This document shows positions 9,898 through 15,948 of a DNA stretch of 64,000 nucleotides, piece after piece. A program made the position numbers and the translations under genes. Numbering within the stretch: position 1 is the first letter of the stretch; each line of letters starts with the position of its first letter. This stretch comes from an uncultured bacterium (GTDB lineage: Bacteria > Chlamydiota > Chlamydiia > Chlamydiales > JAJFMA01): assembly GCA_964436955.1 (NCBI GenBank), contig CAYTFC010000002.1, positions 583 to 64,582 of the forward strand, in the 5' to 3' direction. The notes beneath the pieces were generated by a model, which did no database searches, was not told the origin of the DNA, and saw only the letters and a program-made list of their open reading frames with translations.

Positions 9898-9899
9898 TT

Positions 9900-11162
9900 A
9901 TGACCGATCCTCATATCACTCCAAAAATCGAAAAATCCGCTATCTACACGATGATCGGAATTGCTTTGCTATTTCTATCATCCATTTTAGCTACCGTTTT
10001 GGCTCCAAATCTCATTGACCCCAGCTGGGTGGAACCATCCAGTCACTTTCAGGTACAAATGTATGAAGTGGCTGATGCTCATCTGTACGCAGCACGTGCT
10101 CTGCCGGGATCGCCTACACTCGATTATGTGCACCATTTAAAGCAGGGATATTCCCTGATGGCGTTTCAAGAAACGGAACAACTGCGCATCCTCGCAGATC
10201 CTACCTTAGATCGTTATGTAACTCGCTTTGGTGAAAAGGATCTTAAGCTGACTACAAAAGTAATGCTGCTACGTAAACCCACCGGAGACTCCTTTGATAA
10301 AGCCGAAAAGCTTCGTGTAGAGGCCCAAAAGCTGTGGGAAGCCAAGAATCCAAATTGGAAGGATCGGGGACTAATACGCATGGATTATGGTGTGCTGGAG
10401 CTCTATGACCCAAAAATAGACGAAGCCTTTGCGCAAGCACGCACGGAGGGAACTTCAGAACACTATGTCGATAAAAATTTTACCATCTTGGATGGCCCCA
10501 AGCAAAAATATCATAACGATACAGGCGTCATATATGTTCTCAATCCCGAGGAATATCGCTTCCGTCACGTAGGCATTGGAAGCATTCAAGGGTATCGCTA
10601 CGACCCCAACGGCCAGTCTGTCAAAGATATTGCGCAATTAACTGGACCTGAATTGGGTTTTATATCTCGTAAAGATCTCATAGCTATGGGTGAGCACATC
10701 TTTGCGATAGAAGGATGCTGGTATTGTCATACAGATCAAAGCCGCACACTGATTCAAGACTGTGTACTCAATGGTGGAGCAGCCTATGCCGCCCCACCCT
10801 CATCAGGTAACGAGTATATCTTTCAGAAAATCACTTTTCCAGGCACGCGCCGTATCGGCCCAGACCTGGCTAGAGTGGGAGTTAAGCGGCCCAGTCGAGA
10901 TTGGCATAAAGGGCACTTCTGGCAGCCTCGTACGCCAAGTCCGGGAAGCATTATGCCATCCTTTAGGCATTTCTTTGATGATGACCCTCGCGGACAATCC
11001 TCTAGCCAAATTGGAATCCCAAACTATCGCTTTGAGGCCATGTACCAGTATTTGATGACCAAGGGAACGCGCATTACCGCGCCAACGCAAGCCTGGTGGT
11101 TAGGTAAGGACCCCTTGCATACGACCGAGATTATTGAAGGACTGAGAACCGTAGAGCCTTAG
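9900..11162 (+). CDS. ccoO: cbb3 oxidase monohaem subunit II (CcoO/FixO-like) with a long insertion between the TM anchor and the haem domain
   Basis: TM anchor at aa 15-35. The haem motif CWYCH appears only near aa 273. A FixO-like block follows (GPDLARVGVKRPSRDWHKGHFWQPRTPSPGSIMPSF). Confidence 0.8.
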   Translation: MTDPHITPKIEKSAIYTMIGIALLFLSSILATVLAPNLIDPSWVEPSSHFQVQMYEVADAHLYAARALPGSPTLDYVHHLKQGYSLMAFQETEQLRILADPTLDRYVTRFGEKDLKLTTKVMLLRKPTGDSFDKAEKLRVEAQKLWEAKNPNWKDRGLIRMDYGVLELYDPKIDEAFAQARTEGTSEHYVDKNFTILDGPKQKYHNDTGVIYVLNPEEYRFRHVGIGSIQGYRYDPNGQSVKDIAQLTGPELGFISRKDLIAMGEHIFAIEGCWYCHTDQSRTLIQDCVLNGGAAYAAPPSSGNEYIFQKITFPGTRRIGPDLARVGVKRPSRDWHKGHFWQPRTPSPGSIMPSFRHFFDDDPRGQSSSQIGIPNYRFEAMYQYLMTKGTRITAPTQAWWLGKDPLHTTEIIEGLRTVEP

Positions 11163-11165
11163 TAT

Positions 11166-11360
11166 ATGCCTGAATACGATTCCATTGGAATTTACGGAAA
11201 TATCTTGCACCACAGCCTAGTCATGTGTTTTATGGGCAGTGCATTGTTAGTATTTATCTATTGCTGGCGCAAAGGGCGCTTAGATATGGATGACGACGCG
11301 GCCAATCAAATGATGCAGATGAGCGACGATAACCCCCTTGAGGAGAGAAAAGATGGTTGA
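11166..11360 (+). CDS. Small single-TM peptide of the oxidase operon (CcoQ/CcoS-like)
   Basis: 64 aa with one TM helix (LVMCFMGSALLVFIYCW) followed by RKGRLDMDDD and an acidic tail. This resembles the tail of the 2404-2544 peptide. Starts 3 nt after the ccoO stop. Confidence 0.5.
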   Translation: MPEYDSIGIYGNILHHSLVMCFMGSALLVFIYCWRKGRLDMDDDAANQMMQMSDDNPLEERKDG

Positions 11361-11643
11361 TAAGCCCCCAAAAAATAGAGAGACTTCGGACATTCGCGAT
11401 TTCGAAGACTTTGTGGGAGCTCCCGGCGAGGCACATGCGCCAACACCCCTCTTTCTTAATCTCATGTATGTCATCGTTATAGTCATCGGAATATTGATGT
11501 TTGTTTTCTTTTGGAATGGCAGTGATGGCTTGGATGAGGCTTTTGACCGCGGTGCATGGACACAGCTTCAGCGAGCCGCTAGAACTACATATCCTTGGCA
11601 TGATAACGTTGTAACTCATCCAGTCGAGCATAATAGCAAATAG
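11353..11643 (+). CDS. Small single-TM protein, last gene of the oxidase operon (no haem motif)
   Basis: ATG 11353 overlaps the upstream stop (ATGGTTGA), with AGGAGAG 5-6 nt upstream. One TM helix (LFLNLMYVIVIVIGILMFVFFW). The ORF-track TTG start at 11338 is less likely. Confidence 0.5.
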   Translation: MVDKPPKNRETSDIRDFEDFVGAPGEAHAPTPLFLNLMYVIVIVIGILMFVFFWNGSDGLDEAFDRGAWTQLQRAARTTYPWHDNVVTHPVEHNSK

Positions 11644-11653
11644 AGGCCGCCAT

Positions 11654-11709
11654 AAGCCTGGTGACACGTTGCTATGGCGGTGCCTGTCTATAGGCATCGA
11701 ATTTGAAAG
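11654..11709. repeat. Intergenic hairpin repeat, copy A (family also at 22105-22163, partially at 59691-59710 and 33411-33430)
   Basis: Shares these blocks with copy B: aagcct, tatgg, cggtgcctgtc, aggca, cgaatttgaa. Lies just downstream of the operon's last stop. Confidence 0.6.
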
Positions 11710-12230
11710 ACATTACACAATCCCACTCCTACGCAAAGGATCATCCATAAAGATCAGCGCACCGTCCAGTATGTGCGCACACTCAAAACTGTATATTATT
11801 AATCTATTTTCATAAAAAAACTCGCTTTCAGTGTAGCCTAGAAGAGACTTTCTAGATTGTAGCTTACGGAAATTTGCACTAAAATAAGCGGTGATGTATA
11901 ACTCAAAATCAGCATTACATAAAAACGTAATGCATTGTCAAATCTTAGACTTTAATGTTTTTGCTTGAGTCAAAAATTTAAAAAGGAGAAGGGAAGTGAC
12001 AATACATCTCTACAAGCTCAGAACAAGCTATCACGTTATCCGTCAAGCCATCCATAATTTAGTCCCTATCTGACTCAAAACAGTTTTTGAGCCAAAGCTA
12101 AGGTGTTTAATTGCCAAAGCTGAGAAGATACGTTAATGGGAAAAATGGCCCTACTTTCTAAAAAAAAAACAATTTTTGAATTAAATTGATCTGAAAACTT
12201 GATTATGCCTTGCGAACCAAATGAGGACCT

Positions 12231-12668
12231 ATGACGATTACTGAATTATGTTTAATTATTATCGCTGCGACATTAGTTGTTTTCGCTCTGTTTGTGATTA
12301 TACTGGCTTTTCAATTAAAGAAAATGCTCAAGACGGTGCAATTTGATATTAATAGATTTACTAACGATGGGTGCCACGTACTTGCTAAAATGGAGAATTT
12401 TCTTCAAAACGACGCCCATACAGTCTCTCAAAACACAACGGAACTACTCAGCAATTTAAACTCCTTATCAGCTGGGGTGAATGATAAAGTGAATTCCTTA
12501 AATTTCCTTTTTCATCCCCTGGATTTTTTAAATTCCCAGTTCAGCCCGAGTTCCTCTTCTTCCCAGGAACAGCAAAATTCAGCGTCCGTGGCCTTTCCAA
12601 AAATTTTGAAATGGATAGTGTCTAGCGTTCTTCTATTTAGGACTACAAAGGAGTTCATCAAAAAATGA
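12231..12668 (+). CDS. DUF948-like membrane-anchored protein
   Basis: N-terminal TM helix, then a helical region and a Ser-rich tail. Architecture and neighbourhood (followed by YtxH-like genes) resemble DUF948/YtxH stress-protein clusters. Confidence 0.5.
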   Translation: MTITELCLIIIAATLVVFALFVIILAFQLKKMLKTVQFDINRFTNDGCHVLAKMENFLQNDAHTVSQNTTELLSNLNSLSAGVNDKVNSLNFLFHPLDFLNSQFSPSSSSSQEQQNSASVAFPKILKWIVSSVLLFRTTKEFIKK

Positions 12669-12952
12669 AACACGACAACACAGAAACAAAAAAAGTAATA
12701 TTGAGTTTACTACTAGGCGGGGTTATCGGGTTAGGTATTGCCTACTCCATGCGTAGCCATAAGCCACCTGTCATGAAAAAAATTGGTAGAACGGTTTCTG
12801 AACTAGGCGATATGTTGCAACATTATGACACTCCTAGCCAAGTGATGGAGTCTATCGAACATAAACTGCCAAATAGTGCAGCTGTTTTTAATAGTTTATC
12901 CGACTGGATAAATACTGGATTCGAACTTTGGAAAACACTAAAAAAAGGATAA
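12665..12952 (+). CDS. Small membrane-anchored protein, YtxH-like N-terminus
   Basis: ATGA overlap with the upstream stop. Gly-rich TM segment LLLGGVIGLGIAYSM. Confidence 0.5.
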   Translation: MKHDNTETKKVILSLLLGGVIGLGIAYSMRSHKPPVMKKIGRTVSELGDMLQHYDTPSQVMESIEHKLPNSAAVFNSLSDWINTGFELWKTLKKG

Positions 12953-12956
12953 AATT

Positions 12957-13271
12957 ATGAACGACCATTGCAGACGATCAGATTTTTTCTGGGGAGCGTT
13001 AACTGGTGGAACAATTGCCCTTTTGACGGTGCTGCTATGCACCACTAAAAAAGGAAAGCAGTTACAGAATCAAGTTAAAGAGATTTATCATGATGTTGAA
13101 GACACGGTAAAAGACGCCTTTGGTGAGTTAGAGGAAGGAGTTCAAAATGCTGCCTCTGAAGCTAAAGAGTTCGGTGAAAAAGTAGGGAAAAAGGTGAAAA
13201 AAGGTGCTTCGGACGCAGTAGACGCAGCTGAGCATCTCGCAGACAAAGCATCCAATGCCACTAAGTATTAA
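12957..13271 (+). CDS. YtxH-like protein
   Basis: FFWGALTGGTIALLTVLL...KKGKQLQNQVKE, followed by a Lys/Glu/Ala-rich helical tail typical of the YtxH family. Confidence 0.6.
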   Translation: MNDHCRRSDFFWGALTGGTIALLTVLLCTTKKGKQLQNQVKEIYHDVEDTVKDAFGELEEGVQNAASEAKEFGEKVGKKVKKGASDAVDAAEHLADKASNATKY

Positions 13272-13302
13272 TTCTGATTAAATATTATCGCGCCTGAAAA
13301 GG

Positions 13303-13323
13303 ACCCAGGGCAACGCCCTGGGT
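13303..13323 (+). terminator. Hairpin after the YtxH-like gene
   Basis: acccagggc / gccctgggt forms a 9-bp stem with a 3-nt loop. No U-tract follows. Confidence 0.4.
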
Positions 13324-13347
13324 AATGTCGAGCTGTCGCGTTTATAT

Positions 13348-13377
13348 GTTGTAGCGCCGCTTCGCCAAAGCGGGCAT
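13348..13377. repeat. Short hairpin repeat, copy D1 (inverted copy at 59731-59759)
   Basis: gttgtagcgccgcttcgccaaagcgggcat here versus the reverse complement of 59731-59759, gttgtagcgccgcttcgtcgaagcggcat. There is a 17-nt exact block plus an extension, and it contains a ccgcttcg/cgaagcgg-type hairpin. Confidence 0.55.
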
Positions 13378-13414
13378 AAGCAAAAGTCCTAGGACCCTGA
13401 TTGCTACCAAAACT

Positions 13415-13529
13415 TCATCTAGCGCTCATAGCGATATATCAGATGCAGCAGTGTGCCTCGACGGCAAGAGTGATCTCTTGCCGAGAGGTACAATGTTGCA
13501 GATGATGCATCGCTATGAGCGCTAGATGA
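13415..13529. repeat. 115-nt palindromic element (21-bp perfect terminal inverted repeats plus an apical 9-bp hairpin)
   Basis: tcatctagcgctcatagcgat (13415-13435) is the exact reverse complement of 13509-13529. At the centre, cggcaagag-tgat-ctcttgccg forms the apical hairpin. Confidence 0.7.
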
Positions 13530-13686
13530 GTAAGCCCCTCCATAAAAAAGAAGCACTGTAAGCGACAATAAGGCAAAGGACCTTCACCATAAAACCGCTC
13601 TCAGTTCGGCTCTTGATGTGGTAGTGTAACATTCTTTCTGTAAATTCGATCTCAGGGGAAAATGGTTCGTTAAGACTCTCGCGTTT

Positions 13687-13872
13687 TTGCCTTTCCATTT
13701 TGTAATAGAATACGACCCGCAAGTGGGGTTTTATCTATACTTGTTTACAGGCTATGAGTGTGTAGCTGACCACCTTCAAGAGAGCTTGGAGATTGCCAAG
13801 GATTGGGCTTTGGAAGGTTTTGGCGTTCCTAAAAAGGATATTTCTGCGGCAGTATGTAATGTGCATTTTTAG
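13687..13872 (+). CDS. Possible small protein or gene remnant (61 aa, TTG start)
   Basis: The ORF is open from 13630 with no ATG. The product MPFHFVIEYDPQVGFYLYLFTGYECVADHLQESLEIAKDWALEGFGVP looks globular, but no SD is visible and no family is recognised. Confidence 0.25.
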   Translation: MPFHFVIEYDPQVGFYLYLFTGYECVADHLQESLEIAKDWALEGFGVPKKDISAAVCNVHF

Positions 13873-13945
13873 TCCCTTATGTCCTTTATCCAAAGTCTCT
13901 TAGATCCCTTTCGTCCTTTTGGTCTTTTGTCCCTTATGTCCTTTT
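13871..13945. repeat. Three degenerate tandem pyrimidine-rich repeats (gtcccttatgtccttt type)
   Basis: agtcccttatgtccttta at 13871, agatccctttcgtcctttt at 13902, tgtcccttatgtcctttt at 13928. An inverted gaaaggacaaaa motif occurs near 14140. Confidence 0.5.
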
Positions 13946-14200
13946 CTAGGTTTGTGCAAGGGAGCCCTTAACCCTTACGTTGCTTCCGCAGCTAAGAATC
14001 AATTAATGCCATCTTCCCCACATTCATCGCTGCCGCGATGGTGGACATTGCTTTTCACGTCTCTGCGCCTCTTGCGGCTCTGCGTTTAAAATTGACAGCG
14101 GATTATCGTCTCGTACCTAGTAAGAACGATAATGGACGTAGAAAGGACAAAACGGTACGGTGCGTCCGGTTCGTCCTTCCTGTTAAGCTGATGCCTCTAG

Positions 14201-14533
14201 CTACTTCTGACAGAGCTCGCTATATGCATCTATGATGTTAGAGCAAGCTTCTAAAATAGAGGGTCGGGCTCCCATGAGGAATTCCGCCATCTCTGCATCC
14301 ATTTGCTGTAATTCCTTCTCGCTGAATTTAGAACGGGCGTCGCCTACGGGATAGAGAATTGTTTCGGCATTAACGGCACGCAAAGAATGAATGAGTTCTT
14401 TGGGTGAATTTTTGCCTGGCCACTTCAGAGCACAAATGGCTCTTATGCCAACGATGAGATTGATTTCGGCTTTTCGCATGGCTCTAGCTAGTCTAACGAG
14501 TTCTTTATGGGGGTCCAGTGTTGTCATTTCCAA
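14201..14533 (-). CDS. Hypothetical protein (110 aa)
   Basis: Clean ORF with a GAGGAT-like SD upstream. No family recognised. Confidence 0.5.
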   Translation of the reverse strand: MEMTTLDPHKELVRLARAMRKAEINLIVGIRAICALKWPGKNSPKELIHSLRAVNAETILYPVGDARSKFSEKELQQMDAEMAEFLMGARPSILEACSNIIDAYSELCQK

Positions 14534-14655
14534 GATCCTCTACAGCATTTGTGTTACAAAACTCCATTTTTGGAATAATTCACCCAAGGCTAAGCGCGGG
14601 AGATTCCTAACACTAACGCGTTTAATTAAATGTTTACCAGAGGTAAGTAACAGAA

Positions 14656-15801
14656 TTAGTAGACATCGCGAAGGTAGCGGCCTTGTTCTCGCAAGGCTTT
14701 AATGTAGGCTTTGGCGCCATCAGTACCGTGGTAGGGTTCTATAATAGCTTGTAGAGTGCTCTCTACGTCTTTTGCCATATGTTCTGCATCTCCACAGACA
14801 TAGAAGTATGCTCCTTCTTCTAGCCACGCATAGATATCGGCTGCTTGCTCAGCTAGTCTGTGCTGCACATAGATTTTTTCGGTTTGGTCGCGTGAAAATG
14901 CTAGGTCTAAACGCAAGTGACCGTTGTTGACCAAGGACATCCAGAAGTCTTCATAAAAGAAATCATGTTCACGATTGCATTCGCCAAAGAATAGCCAATT
15001 TTTGCCTTTGGATTGCTTAGCCATGCGCTCTTGCATAAACCCACGGAACGGTGCGACACCGGTTCCAGGACCAACCATGATGATAGGAGCATCTGTGTTG
15101 GCAGGTAGGGTAAAGTCTTTAGAGGGTTGCAAGTATGTGGGAACTGCAGGTAGGTGTAAAGGCACCAGGTCACACAGAAAATGAGAACACACTCCTGTTC
15201 TAAGATGCCCATTGGTGGCATATTGTGTGACGGCTACGGTGAGATGCACGATCTCGCCTTCTGCTTCCATCGCAGATGCTATGGAATAGAAACGCGGGAG
15301 TAACGGTCCTTGCAAGTCAGCGATCTCTTGTGGTGTGATGGGCGCTTCAGGGTGTTCGTGGAGAAGGTCCCACAACTCTCTACTTTCGAGATGTTGCTTC
15401 ACAAAAGATGCATCAGCCGCTAAAACGCTTTCTAGGAGGCTCTTTTTTGAGCTATCGATTTGTCGTTCCGTCAGCAAGGTTAGCAGTTTTTTACTGCACC
15501 GATTGAGGTTGGCGCGGGAGGAAAGAAATTCACTAAAGGCTACTGTTTCGCCCTTTTTTGTAATGATATTTTCATCCCCAGAAACGCCCAGACGATCCAA
15601 AATCTTAAGCACGATAGCAGGGTCGTTTAATGGATAGATGGCGATGCTATCGCCCACTTTGTAGTGCATTCCACTTCCCCGCAAATCCAACACTAAATGA
15701 TAGGTTGATTTGCTGGATCCTGGGGTTGTAAGCGGATAACGCTCAGTCACCGAGGCCATAAAAGGGTTCGTTCTGGAGTATTCTATAGGGTTGTCCGACA
15801 T
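14656..15801 (-). CDS. FAD/NADPH-binding reductase, CysJ / cytochrome P450 reductase C-terminal type, without an FMN (flavodoxin) domain
   Basis: Motifs RFYSIAS (FAD), GPGTGVAPFRGF (NADPH), FYVCGD, and the C-terminal YLRDVY. Confidence 0.85.
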   Translation of the reverse strand: MSDNPIEYSRTNPFMASVTERYPLTTPGSSKSTYHLVLDLRGSGMHYKVGDSIAIYPLNDPAIVLKILDRLGVSGDENIITKKGETVAFSEFLSSRANLNRCSKKLLTLLTERQIDSSKKSLLESVLAADASFVKQHLESRELWDLLHEHPEAPITPQEIADLQGPLLPRFYSIASAMEAEGEIVHLTVAVTQYATNGHLRTGVCSHFLCDLVPLHLPAVPTYLQPSKDFTLPANTDAPIIMVGPGTGVAPFRGFMQERMAKQSKGKNWLFFGECNREHDFFYEDFWMSLVNNGHLRLDLAFSRDQTEKIYVQHRLAEQAADIYAWLEEGAYFYVCGDAEHMAKDVESTLQAIIEPYHGTDGAKAYIKALREQGRYLRDVY

Positions 15802-15948
15802 AAGACGAAAATCATACCCGACTGCCTTAAAAATGGGGAGAATAAAGAGTTGTTCGGTCCTAACTCACTGCAAATCTAGCTTTTGGCTATTACTGGTCTT
15901 TTTTTGAAGATAGGGGGTATTCTGAAGGAATATAGAAGGGGGCAACTC

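Noticed and set aside
11254-11697. 147-aa ORF on the minus strand, antisense to the last two small oxidase-operon genes
   Set aside because: It lies entirely antisense to coupled plus-strand ORFs that have SD sequences, it has no SD of its own, and its composition looks like a shadow ORF.
13522-13722. 66-aa minus-strand ORF
   Set aside because: Its 3' end runs into the right arm of the 115-nt palindromic element. It overlaps the other doubtful small ORF, has no SD, and matches no recognised family.
13871-13945. Possible CRISPR array
   Set aside because: There are only three degenerate ~18-nt units with irregular 26-31 nt spacing. There are no unique spacers of regular length and no cas genes in the window.
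14038-14235. 65-aa plus-strand ORF
   Set aside because: It lies in the repeat-rich non-coding stretch, has no SD, overlaps the 3' end of the minus-strand gene, and its product is Arg/Leu-rich and low-complexity.
15883-15948. TTG-initiated extension of ppdK
   Set aside because: ATG 15949 has a purine-rich SD, and the extension has no similarity to PPDK N-termini that I recall.
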